Below, in pieces: positions 25,297 to 38,481 of a stretch of 64,000 nucleotides of DNA; position 1 is the stretch's first letter; each line of letters starts with the position of its first letter. The stretch is from contig NC_042999.1 in assembly GCF_006345805.1 (NCBI RefSeq), positions 31,248,001-31,312,000 on the forward strand, in the 5' to 3' direction. The notes below the pieces were generated by a model. It was not told the origin of the DNA. It did not search any database and was given only the letters and a program-made list of their open reading frames with translations. A program made the position numbers and the translations under genes. Source of the stretch: Octopus sinensis (taxonomy: Eukaryota).

Positions 25297-27716
25297 AGTT
25301 TAAGTTGATTGATAAATATTTCAATTCATTATGTTCAATTATGAAGAAAACACATTTCTAAAGATAAATAATGGGAATCCTTTCAACGGATAAATAATGG
25401 GAATTTAGTGTAATATTTTGGCTAAAACTTGGCAAAAGTAACGAGAGAACAAACATGCGAGACACCTGTTTTTTTTTTGTTGTTGTTCAGAACAATACAA
25501 ACATCGATAAAGCAGATTTGTCATCAGATGTTTTTCAAGTGTACCAATCACATTATATATTTGAGCTAAAACATCTACAACTATATTAAATGATGGGCCA
25601 GTTCTAGTTGGCGTTAATATTAGGGCTACTTAATGAAAGTCTGTAATTGACATAGATATATTTTTACTGGATTGTACGGTAATTAGGTGAAACTGATATG
25701 TATATGGTTATCATTGCGGCAAGTTCAACCGCATCTTAGCTACAATAATGCTAACGCATCAGCGGAAGATCAGCGTGTTTATGTTCATAATAACACGTGT
25801 GGCCTAGTTATAGCTATATTTATGTGACAGAAATCCCTGTGGTTCTCAGGATACAGTTTATTTGACAGCAACCTTTATGGATGAGAGATCTCTGAGTTTC
25901 TATAACAATTATTTGACGGAAACGCAAATATGTTTAGGCCACAGTAACGCTTGGAGTCAGAAATCATATTGTTTTTGTAACAGCAACCTTTATTGATCTA
26001 ATACACATGTGCTTAAATGGCGGCCATTCTGTTGACTTATGCACTATTGTTTCCATTTAAGAGTAACCTTTCCGCGGATAGACAACGCTATGTTTGTTTA
26101 AGTACAGCACTCGTTGTTCATGCAGAACTGTATTTCATTGACGTAACGCTTTTCTCTCAGACATAACGTTGTCTGAGCACAATTCTTGCGATTTAGAGTT
26201 CAGTGCGTTTACACAGGGATATCATTAATGAACCCTCCATGATGATATAATACATGAAGAAATATTTGCGAATATATGATTGTTGAACATAATTCGATTT
26301 ATTGCCAGTTTCTGTCGGTTTTAAAAGTCATTGAATTTTACTCTAAAAACTTATTGAAGAATATGTATTACTGAATCATTTGTACATGTCGATTTTCATT
26401 CAAGGTTAAGTATTAGAGCCGGGCTGATAACCAGATAGTGAATTCCCCTTTTTAAAAAAAATATTGTTTCGTGTTACATCTTATGCACGTCTTCTTCACT
26501 GTTGATACACAAAGAGAAGAAGCTTTTAGAACATATAGAATCTAGCGTCCATGATAACTTTTGAAAGGCTGCCAACATTTGTGGGTGAGACCTGAGCAGC
26601 AAACCGCAACATGTTGATATCGTGTGGAGAGAAACATATTACAAATTACTGTTTCTCCATATTACTGCCCTTTCATCTCTATGGTTTTCTGGAAATATTT
26701 TACAGATGTAAATGGATCGCATAATGGTTGAATCGTATCATATTCTGTATCTCTTTTTGTATCAGTGTTTGATTTATAGCTACAAAATATCAGAAATCTA
26801 CAGGTAAATAGAACGTGAACAGGTAAATTGTTTTCAATAAAACAATGGCGCTTTTTTGTCCATTGGACTAGAAGTAGTGAGGAGTAAATGGATATATAAA
26901 GATAATGATCATAAACATTCACATGTTGTGACTAAGGTGGAAGTTAGCAGAACATTAAGTAGTTTGCCATGGGTTAGTGTGAATGAATTTAGAGAGATAT
27001 ACAAAGCTGAGATAGGTAAATTATAATTCTTTCATGTCAAACGAGATCAGATAAAAACTGACTAAAGTTGAACTTGCAATAACAGAGAAAAAAAATTCTT
27101 TCACAAGACAGAAACTAAGTTACAGTTGCTAAGAAATGGTGTTGTTGTGATGTGAAGTGTAGCAGATGTATTGATAATATTAGTAATATAACTTTCTGGC
27201 AAAGGGTATGTGATGACGTATTTGAGGAATTGATATATAAAGCTACTACGACATTCTCATGCTCCAACACGCACTGTATAAACACTTGCACACATACGGT
27301 GTAATGCGTACATTGTTGTGCATGAATGTGTCTCTCATACATGCACGACATTCATGAATGTGTGTAGGTTTTGACAACTCCTGCTTTATATGTAAGCATG
27401 ATATTGTATATAATAGGCGTACACACATACACGCGCGTCTGCGGGAATGGAAATTGAGAACGTCCAGGAAAATCATCTATAATGCATTTAATCCGTTCTA
27501 AATCAGGCAGTGATGGTCCATTCAGCTATTTGTAATTGTTATATGTAACGTTTAACGTAATGTTTATCAATATATGGCTGGATATAATAATTTTTGTTTT
27601 AATATTGTTGTTCATTATGTGGTTATAAAAAAATTCTATCAATTTGGTGATCAATTATACACGAATATATGAAACAATACGCCATTCCACACACACACAC
27701 ACACACACACACATGC

Positions 27717-27789
<73 letters not shown>

Positions 27790-28059
27790 GTTGGAAATCT
27801 TTGGATCTCGTCTGTTTATTAACATATATATATATATATATACACATATACATACAGACCCGATCCAGAGATTTCACTACAGAAAACACTTCCTCGTGCT
27901 TAACCTATCTGGATTCACACTCCGAAATGTTACTCTCCCCACCTTGAATACAGAGGCTGGATCTACGTTAATGTTTCTATATATCCACCATTGGTTGCAT
28001 ATTCTTGACTAATTTTGCGCACTCCATCGGTCACCATTACAACTATTGCGTAATTCGAA

Positions 28060-28253
28060 GCCTCCCAAAACAGCTAGTATTTTAGGTGTGAGGGGCTAAG
28101 TCGATTAAATTGACTCCAGGGTCCAGTTGGTACTTATTTTATCGATCTCGAAAGGATGACAAGCAAAGCTACCGAGGCAGTATTTTAACTCAGAACCTGA
28201 AGATGGAGTCAAAGTACTCTGCCCAGCGTGCTGACGATTCTGCCAGCTAGCCG
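28060..28253 (-). mobile_element. SINE type A (tandem cluster copy 1)
   Basis: Plus strand ...atcgatctcgaaaggatgacaagcaaag...ttaactcagaac...gctgacgattctgccagctagccg. Confidence 0.8.
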
Positions 28254-28479
28254 CAATGATAATAATAATGAAGAACATAATCCTTTGTATTAAACGCCTG
28301 AAATATTAGTGGAGGGGACTAGTCGATTATACTGACCCCAGTGTTTCACTAGGATTTACTTTATTGACCCCGAAAGTCAAAGTTAACCACAGCAGCATTT
28401 GAACTCCCAACCTCAAGATGGACGCAATCCCGCTAAGCATTTTGTCCGGCCTGCTAACGATTCTACCAGCTAGTTGCCG
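28254..28479 (-). mobile_element. SINE type A (tandem cluster copy 2)
   Basis: Plus strand ...ttgaccccgaaag...tttgaactc...gctaagcattttgtccggcctgctaacgattctaccagctag; short (AAT)n tail. Confidence 0.8.
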
Positions 28480-28688
28480 TAATAATAGTCCATTCCACTA
28501 TAGGCACAAGGCCTGAAATTTAGAAGGAGTGGTTAAGTCTATTATATGCACCCAAGTACTCAACTAGTACATAATCTATCGACCCTGAAAGGATGAAAGG
28601 CAAAGTCGACGTTACCGGAATTTAGATGCACATCGTAAAGACGGACGAAATGCTGCTAAGCATTATGCCTAGAATGCTAACGTTTCTA
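28480..28688 (-). mobile_element. SINE type A (tandem cluster copy 3)
   Basis: Plus strand taggcacaaggcctgaaattt...atcgaccctgaaaggatgaaaggcaaagtcgac...gctaagcatt..gctaacgtttcta. Confidence 0.8.
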
Positions 28689-29458
28689 ATGGTTTGTGTA
28701 TTTTTATGACTTAGGAAACTCCTCAGAATCATCTCTTTTTTGTGAATGTTATACTAACGAAACAATTCCGACACAGGAAATTATATCGGAGATATCGTTG
28801 ATATTTTCACAGTTGGATAATATCGAGCGTAGTTTTCATTATCCAAAATTCTATGTATATATATAAATATGTTATGTGTGTGAATGTGTTGTTTCTGCGA
28901 AACTTATGAGAATATCACATGTAAAATATATTAAATGTCGCAAAAGAGTAGCAAGTTTGTAATACGATAAAAAAATATTCTGCTTGTCGTGCAAAGACGT
29001 ATAAATAGAATTTAACTATAAACAAACTATTTTCGCGCAATAATTTGTTGCTTGCTGCAATCCGTGTGAAAATTATAGAAATAAATATAAAAATTATATT
29101 TGGTGTAAAAGAAAGATTATGTTGCCTATGCTCTTATGTTCACAACACAAATGCGGCCTCCCACTTCGAGCGCACTCAATGCTTTACTAAGCATTTATTG
29201 CAACCATATGTTTTCATAGCGATTGCTGTAGTAGCACTCATTCGGCTTGCTTTTCGCAGGGAAGACTACTGAAACCTTAGAAAGATTGCTGTCCAAGCGT
29301 GTAGGCAACAGACACAGCTAACATGTTGTTGTGATTGCTGGTATTACAAGTTCTACATGCAATCACAATTGTGCAGCGACGGTATGTTATCAATATAACC
29401 ACATGTCTATTATCTTCACTTAACTACTGATGATACTGCATGAGTATCATCAGATGCA

Positions 29459-29459
<1 letters not shown>

Positions 29460-29507
<48 letters not shown>

Positions 29508-29778
29508 ATATAATATATATGTACATAATATATATATATATATGTACATATATATATAATATAATATATATATATATTATATGTACATATATAATATATA
29601 TATATATGTACATATAAATAATATATATATATATATGTACATATATAATATATATATATATGTACATATATAAATATATATATATATATGTACATATATA
29701 TAATATATATATATATATGTACATATATATAATATATATATATATGTACATATATATAATATATATATATATATGTAC

Positions 29779-29810
<32 letters not shown>

Positions 29811-29966
29811 ATATGTATATATATGTACATATATATAATATATATAATATGTACATATATATAATATATATATATATAATATATGTATATATATATATAT
29901 ATCTGTATGTACATATATATATAATATATATATATATGTATATACATATATATAATATATTATATA

Positions 29967-30000
<34 letters not shown>

Positions 30001-30068
30001 TATATATGTATATATATAATATGTATATATATATATAATAATATATATATATATATATATAACATATG

Positions 30069-30100
<32 letters not shown>

Positions 30101-30294
30101 ATATATATAATATATATATATATATATAATATATGTATATATATATATATATAATATATGTATATATATATATATATATATGGTATATATATAATGTATA
30201 TATATATATATATGTATATATATAATTATATGTATATATATATATATGTTATATATATAATTATATGTATATATATATATATATTATATATGTA

Positions 30295-30343
<49 letters not shown>

Positions 30344-30409
30344 GTTATATATATAATATGTACATATATATAATATATATATATAACATATGTATATATA
30401 TATATATAA

Positions 30410-30460
<51 letters not shown>

Positions 30461-30480
30461 TGTTATATATATATGGAATA
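29460..30480. repeat. About 1-kb (TA)n tract with higher-order punctuation (TGTACA, AA, TG)
   Basis: About 13 GTAC-punctuated modules between 29520 and 29915, followed by TG-punctuated modules. Confidence 0.95.
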
Positions 30481-31804
30481 GGTACGTATATAGACACGTA
30501 TAAAATGTATAGATAGACATCTATATTCATGTGCGTGCGAGCGCATACACACACATACATATATATATATACATATTCGGACGAATATATTCAAATATAT
30601 ATATATATATATACGCACGAATGTGCACGCGCATGTGTGTGTGTGTGCTGAAATGCATTTTGTAAAAGAGAAAACTCCAGGCCAAAAGTGTAATTTGGGT
30701 GTCAGTATAAACCTGGATATTCCCCACATATAATTTCATCTCTTTACAATACGATAACTGGTTACACATGGAAATCTTGCTAACTATGCAATTTACTTTC
30801 GTAATCAATACGCATCAAATCTTCTCCATAATTCTATTGGTTTGCAGTCTTTGTAATCATGCAGCATCAATTTGCTACAGGAAAATATAATTCGTAACGT
30901 TCAGCTGTGTGTTGTTATTTTCAGTTGAGGTATATATTCGTTACGTATTTCCCAGTAATATCTTCAGGACATAATTTAATATTTCTGCTAAATTCTAGGA
31001 ATCTAGACAATGATTTAATTTGTATGGGATTCTATGTTATTACTCATTTTTATATAATCAAATCAGAACATGTCTCTGAAAATGTCTTCTTTGCACACAG
31101 CAGAGAAAACTGCTTTTCTTTGGATTACATGATGCGCAATATTACTCGGCTTTATATTGATGAGAGACTTTGAAAAACGAATAACCTTCAACTGTTTCAA
31201 TCGATTGTAAGTTGTATGCTATTGATGGCTGTCTGTTTTAACATCTGCTAAGTTAATGCGAAATTTTACTTAAATTAATGAATTATTGGATAAATGAATA
31301 GCGAATTATCGACTCATATGCACTGAGATCACTAAACATGTTTACTCAGGGAATATTCATACAGCTCGCATTAAAGTCATAGCATCATCGTGTTCCTTTT
31401 AGTGCTAAATTCCATGTCAAACTCAGCCGAGGAAAACTGTGATGTAAGACGGTCCAACCTGGCCATCCTCGCTTCAGTCTTCTCAAGATGTATTTAAGTA
31501 TAAATTCTTAGGAACGTTGTTCTTCGAAGAGTTTTGGTTGCTATTTTTACTCATTCTAGCAGCCATATAGGGGATATATCGTTATTTCAATCACTATATC
31601 TTTGATATGAGTATGTCGAACATATATAGTTAAGGAATCCTAGAGAATGATGCTTAAATCTGATAAATACCACTACTGAAATACATGACAACAAATCTCT
31701 TAAACTTAACAATATATTGCGCGCAAACACACACACACACACGACCACGTGCACAAAGAGACACAAACACACACACATATTTATAAATATTATGAGACAT
31801 ACAC

Positions 31805-32020
31805 ACGCAACGCATACATACATGCATACATACATACGTACATACATACACACATACATACATGCATACATACATACGTACATACATACACCCATACATA
31901 CATGCATACATACATACATACATACATACATATACACATACACATACATACATACATACATACATACATACATACATACATACATACATACATACATACA
32001 TACATACATACATACATACG
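31805..32020. repeat. (CATA)n microsatellite
   Basis: Directly visible. Confidence 0.95.
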
Positions 32021-33832
32021 TAAGGAAATCATTGTTTTTGACAATAAAAGAATATATATAACGAAAGCGTGATCGCATTCACATCATTATATTAAAACTG
32101 TGCGCAGCCTGAACCTCCAGGATCACTCCAAATACAAGATCTCCCTATGAACGTGGATATGGCGTTGAAAACACACAAGATAGCAAGTCTCCTATGTTAA
32201 AGACAACGCCATTTCTTCAACATCAGATAATATATTTGAAACCCGAACAGTTACTTATATACTACTATAATCGGATACGGTCTCCAATGAAGCGAGCACT
32301 GCTCTTGCAGCTCGAACGATTCAGCAGATACACACACATATACACCCTGGACTCTATCCAATGAAAAGTACTCCACCGATTTGCAGTAAGCATTGAAACA
32401 TATGCGTCAAAGGAGTGCAGTTTCCACTCTCTCTGTCTTCATATAAGATTTTATATAGGAATACTCCTTTCGGGACAGGATATTCACTTGTCAATGTAAG
32501 CGCTTTAGACTTAGAGGAACTCCCTTTCATTAGCCATACCCGGTCTAAGTTTTGTTACCCTTAAATAAAATCTATATTTATCTGTACTCACCTAGAATAT
32601 TGCACCGGGTGAATACACCGCATCTTTAGGTCTTTACTGCCGGTATCGACAAGTTAAGTTTTAAGAAAACATTAATGGAAACCGCACACTAATGTCGGAC
32701 AGCCACTCAACCCATAAGCACTGCCAGTTCTTCCATAAGGAAAATCATAAACATACTCACAAGTACCAGCTACACAAACGTGCATATATGTGTGTGTGTG
32801 TGTATGTGTGTCTGTGTGTGCGTGTGTATGTCTGCGCGCGTGTGTCTGTATGTATTTATTGTACGTATATATATGCACATTCATACACAAGCAATCACAA
32901 ATAAGCAGTTATATATTCTGAACGAAAAGATAATTTGTGTGTCATTGGAATATGTTTTGGTTGGCCGCTCGTTAAGCTAGAATTAGGAATACATTCCATG
33001 CACATCTCACTTAACGAACACACACACATATATTCGTTAGTAATAGTGCAATTGCTAATTAAAAAGTAATAAAATCGCAAAGAATCACGCCTGACGTTTA
33101 AAGTTCATATATAGTGCATGTGTCTTTCATCTATCGTTTCACATGACTGTCAGATTTTCCCCATATTTATCTTCAAGGTATTCAATCACGGAAGATATAT
33201 GATCTCGGTATTTCAGCTTTATAGTTTCAATTCACTGCACAAACTGACTTTCAAAGATACTTCGCATGAAGCCAAATCTGAACTGAGGCCTAAAGACACA
33301 CTAAAGTTTGCAGGATTTGAAAGAAAAACTCAGATAATCACAGACGTAAGAAAATGTGTTTCATATGTCCCTAATGATTAAAAATTTAGTTTTTCTCGGA
33401 GAGAACAAAGGGGGGGGGATAATTGTGTACTTAGTAACATCAATTTCTCGTATTTATAACTGAGGTAATTTTAATGCATTTTCTTTTTACCATTGAAGCA
33501 GACATCGTATTATAAATTCGAACATAGCTTCTGGAAGCATGCTCAATAACCTATAGGTTTTTGCATTGGTGTTATTGATTCAATGTCGGGCGAACGTACG
33601 TTTTCAGGAAAGCAAGATAGAGAAAGAATAACGATGAAATAGAGAGTGGAAGATTATAGAAAAAATAAAGGAGGGCCTTCTATGTAATTATTTGTCCGTA
33701 GAGGTAATGTATTTTCGTGTGAGAGCACATGTTCCATGTACAGGAAATGATCGTGTGAGTATTAAGAATCATTATTGATCATGTGTGTGTGAGTTAGGCA
33801 TTTCTGCATATATGTATACTCATTAGCATGCA

Positions 33833-33870
<38 letters not shown>

Positions 33871-33879
33871 GGAAATTTA

Positions 33880-33913
<34 letters not shown>

Positions 33914-34104
33914 GGAAATTTACTTCCAGAGCAAGTGACTTGATCGTGATGAAGCAAAAACAATTGCAGCCTGGAAGGTGTTTAAAAGCCATTTAAGAAC
34001 ACCTAAAAACTGTTAGTTTCAATTAAACATCTGAATTTTATTTGTGCAAAATATACGAAACCGCAGCCTCTTCACTGACACAACTTCGTGCTGCATCATA
34101 TGTG

Positions 34105-34150
<46 letters not shown>

Positions 34151-34944
34151 TATGAATGAAATATGTTTAAATATGAAACTCTTTAAAACACACACACACA
34201 CAACCACACATATATATATATGAAATTTAGTTTATTTTTTCAGTTATTACTTTCCTTACACACAAGTGCGTACAAAAAGATATATACATTCATATATACA
34301 TACTTACGTTTGTGCGCGCGATGCGTGTGTGTATTTATGAGAATGTGTGTTATGTTTGTGCAACAATTTGTTATTACTATATTCAGAAATAAGGTGCATG
34401 TTTGGTTTAAATTTGAATTAAATTGATTTCCATACTGGTGACGGTTATTTTCACTATTCCTCCTTACCGTAAGGAATACCTGCTCTTGGTTTTTGTATCA
34501 AAGTATAATTCAATAAAAATAGGAAATATAATGACGGTGCTCGTGATTCTTGTAAATTTAGGCTAAACCTAAAATGTGGTCGTGATCAAAGAACACGAGG
34601 AAATTATGTTGATCATTAAAAACGTGAGGGAATTTGCTTAAAAATAAAACAACTCGAAATATATATTTTATAAATGCATGCGTTTATGAGACGTTTATTG
34701 GAGAGATTTATCATGACTGAAATATTCATAACACGAAATAAATCATACGGATATAACAACCGAATAATTAAATGGGGGAATTTTGGATTTAACTCTTAAT
34801 ATATTAATGAACGTGACACATGGAATATAGACGCTATGAAAAATTTGATTTATGCGATTGTAATTGGTGATTTTTCTGAAAGTACTCCCTTGTTCAAATG
34901 ACTCTTCCAGCTTCATGCAAGTAAGAATGTTTAATCAGACATAG

Positions 34945-35480
34945 GTTTGTAGACTCGCGATATTTCGATCGTGAGTTCAATTCCCAGTGAGGCGCTGTGT
35001 CCTTGAGCAACACAATATATTTCACGTTGCAAGGCGGCGAGCTGGCAGTATTTCGTCTGCCGTTACGTTCTGAGTTAAAATTCCGCCGAGGTCGACTTTG
35101 TCTTTCATCCTTTCGGGGTCGATAAATTAAGTACCAGTTACGCACTGGAGTCGATGTAATCGAATTAATCCCTTTGTCTGTCCTTGTTTGTCCCCTCTGT
35201 GTTTAGCCCCTTGTGGGTAGTAAAGAAATAAATATATATCACGTTGCTCCAGTACACATTGCTGGCAAAACTGAGTAGCAACTGTATTGCAACGGACCAG
35301 ACTTGTCACGCTCTGTGTCTCGCTAAATCTTCCCGATAACTACGTTAAGGGTACGCGCGTGTGGTTGTGGAATGCGTGTGAGGCTGTGGCTACATGCACA
35401 TTAATGTCAGGGGCAAGGTTTTCCGTAATCAGATCAACTGAAAACCTCGTCGTCATAATCAACGGAGTGGCAATCGCTTT
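34945..35480 (+). mobile_element. Older SINE (type D head with gtgtccttgagcaa core and type-B tail 1), interrupted by a younger SINE
   Basis: Head gactcgcg..gatcgtgagttcaattcccag..gtgtccttgagcaacac (34945-35030) continues at 35231 as cacgttgctccag...; the 3' part cttgtcacgctctgtgtc..aactacgttaagggtac..ctcgtcgtc..acggagtg matches 45870-46030. Confidence 0.8.
35031..35230 (+). mobile_element. SINE type A nested in the type D SINE, with 17-bp TSD and an internal deletion of about 33 bp
   Basis: TSD aatatatttcacgttgc (35014-35030) and aatatatatcacgttgc (35231-35247), 16/17 identical; central domain gtcgactttgtctttcatcctttcggggtcgataaattaagtaccag. Confidence 0.92.
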
Positions 35481-37087
35481 CTAAGTATCCATGTAAAATC
35501 ATACACACTGGAATAACAGGCCCAGGATGAAATTTAATCCAGCCAAGATCGTTACAGTTTCTTAAATTCTGTATTATATTTTCAAATATTATAAGATGTT
35601 ATAGTATGAATTTCATGAATATTTTCTCGCCAAATCTATGATATGGAGTGGATTTCTCTGTAAAACTATCAGAAGGAGTGTTTAAATGCATGTATGGTAG
35701 ATTTAAACAGTTACCCCATTTACACACCCTTTCAGTTTAGGATATTAATATTGGACTGGTCAACACTTATGCAGAAGGAATCTTTACAGATTTCTAGGAG
35801 ATTTCTCTTAGCAAGTAAAACTGAAATTGTCATTACCGAACTTTCCTTCAGGTTCTTAGAAGGAAATGTATTTCAAATGAACATTGAAAGTTCTATATTA
35901 AAATGACTCTAAAATGGCTCTGAAACACACTACCTCTCTCGCGCTAACACTTCAAATGACTTAATAAATTAGTACATAAATAAACAAACAACCGAAAATT
36001 GAGTAATTCATGTTCATTCACTCATTCTTCTCAACTGTTGAAGCAACACCATTTTTCATCACAAAAAAAAATTATTTTTGTAATTATATTTTTTAAGTTA
36101 GCATATATCTTATATTAATATACCATTTCTTAACTGAATTTTATGTGATTTTCAAAATACATGGCGCATTTAAAAACGTAAAATACCAGATTGTAAATTA
36201 GAATAAATGGGAGGCGTAGAGATAGATGAAATGGCCGAACGAATATCACAGATGTTTTCAAATTACGATCCATTTTACATTGCATACTGATATAAAAATT
36301 GAATTATTAGCAAAGTGACTAAGATTATATAACTTGATATACATATCGTATAAGGAATAATAATATTACATATTATAGTGTCGTATATTTTAGGCAGCAG
36401 TTGTATTGATACCATTATATTGGATCTTATGGACGTTGTAGATATTTCATGATTTCCTCCATATTTCATATCAATTCTGTGATATCCGTTATAGATAGCT
36501 TAGATACCAAAGATGAATTGATGAAAACTAGATAAAAGTTAAGGGAATTATTGAGTTTATAAAGGCAATAGATAATTATGAAGAGATTACGTAGCCTTTA
36601 CTAACCTTAACGCTTCATTAATGCGTCTATTTGCAATACGTGAGTGTAAGATCTCTACAACGTTAATTTAAGATTGCAGAATTCAGAGTAATATCAACGA
36701 GTAGTAATCATTGAAAACTTATTGAAATACGGAACTCATTTCTTCATTGCTGTCGTTGCTATAATTCTTGTTGCTATCGCAGTTTATATTATTAAGTAAT
36801 CTCGTATATCTATACTTGGTCAGATCTGTTTCCGACCTCTAATCATACGATGATAGGCAATTTTGACAGGTCAATGCATTATAGGCTGACGACATACACT
36901 TTGTCGAGAAGTGGATGGTCACGTTTGCAATATGACAGAAGGTCACTTAGAAATTGTTTTTCTCCGTTCTTTCTTGATAGCGATGAATGATTCAGGTACC
37001 ATCAAATGAGAAATATACAATTGGTCAGTGATTAATAAATGTAATTGCAAATATATTGTCAAATATATTGTCAATTACTTAATATGA

Positions 37088-37106
37088 AGGGTTAGGGTTA
37101 GGGTTA
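37088..37106 (+). repeat. Short interstitial telomeric repeat (about 3 units of TTAGGG)
   Basis: agggttagggttagggtta, flanked by the direct repeat tatgaagg (37083-37090 and 37105-37112). Confidence 0.6.
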
Positions 37107-38309
37107 TGAAGGAATTTTAGTACTTTGATATCTCTCTCAGGTCTGTCTCTGAATTGAGTTTCAGGAGCTCCTAATCAGTTTTGGGTGAGGTTTGGTTTTG
37201 TTTCCATTTATAACTAATGACAGAAATATTCCTCTGAAGCAAAGATATATACCATAATTTATACAATGACTTGTTAAGAACTGTAGCCTAATGTTTAGAG
37301 GGTGCCTTGATTCATAATTTAAACCCATACCCCGAATTCATGAACTGGGATCCACGAGTGTCGTTTACTAAGGCACTACATTTTATGTTGTTCCAGCTCG
37401 CCCAGCAGTAATGAGTAACAACTGAGTGCTAGTACCGCCCCACCTCCAGATATTATGCCCTGTAGGATTTGCAAGATCAAAGATATGGGACTATATTGCA
37501 TAAGTGGCCGGTTGATAAAATTAATGAAAGTATGGTACGCGTTACGATAACAGACAAGTCTGCTGCAGTTGGACGGCTGTACTGTAATGATAATACAGAT
37601 GAGAAAGCAGCAATTATGCATTTCACAACTATTTTAGATAATTAAATGTTTGCGCTATATTAAAATAAATTGCAATAAATTAATTCATTTTTAGATAACA
37701 GGGACAATATGAGGATTCAGAAAGGAAATTTATTTTCTTTCGTAAATTTAGATATTTACAGTTCAGTGTCCTCTATCAAAGAACCTGAAATTCGATTATT
37801 GACTTATTGATATAATGCTATATATCTGTAACTGTCATTTTAATTCTAAATACTTATGTTTAGCTCAGGAAAATCGGCCAAATGTTTCATTATATCAAAC
37901 GCAAAATACTAGATTGTAAATATGAGACACATTTACTGCCACAAAAGAAAATTCTCTCTGTAAATCGATACTTAAAACTGTTTTGGTTATAAATATATCG
38001 CTGCTGATTGAGTATGGGTTACTTCTTCAGAAATTAATTTAGTTCCTCAATAGATAATTGTGTATTTTTTAATACAAATAATTTAGGTTCCTTTGGCTTT
38101 CTAATAATAAAGTTAACAAAACGATAAAAGGAAAGTTCATTTGAGAAACCTTATCATTTTCGGATAATTTATAGGTCAAATGCATAATCATTTCACAGAT
38201 AATTATATAGTCCAATATTGAATATTGGAGAAATGTAATTAATTACTGTAAATTGAAAATCATTTATTTGCCTCTGCAAAGTAAACAAATTCGTTCTCAT
38301 TTTCATCAA

Positions 38310-38426
38310 ATTATTATTATTATTATTATTGTTATTATTATTATTATTATTATCATCATTATTATTATTATTAATATTATTATTATTATTAATGTTATTA
38401 TTATTAATATTACTACTACTACTACA

Positions 38427-38480
<54 letters not shown>
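38310..38480. repeat. (ATT)n(ACT)n compound microsatellite
   Basis: Directly visible. Confidence 0.95.

Positions 38481-38481
<1 letters not shown>

Noticed and set aside
26015-26028. YY1-like motif aaatggcggccatt and a nearby 14-bp direct repeat acagcaacctttat (25865, 25980)
   Set aside because: Short motifs are expected by chance in 64 kb; no independent promoter evidence
32100-32560. Compositionally coding-like stretch
   Set aside because: All frames are interrupted and no RT, endonuclease or other motif could be identified
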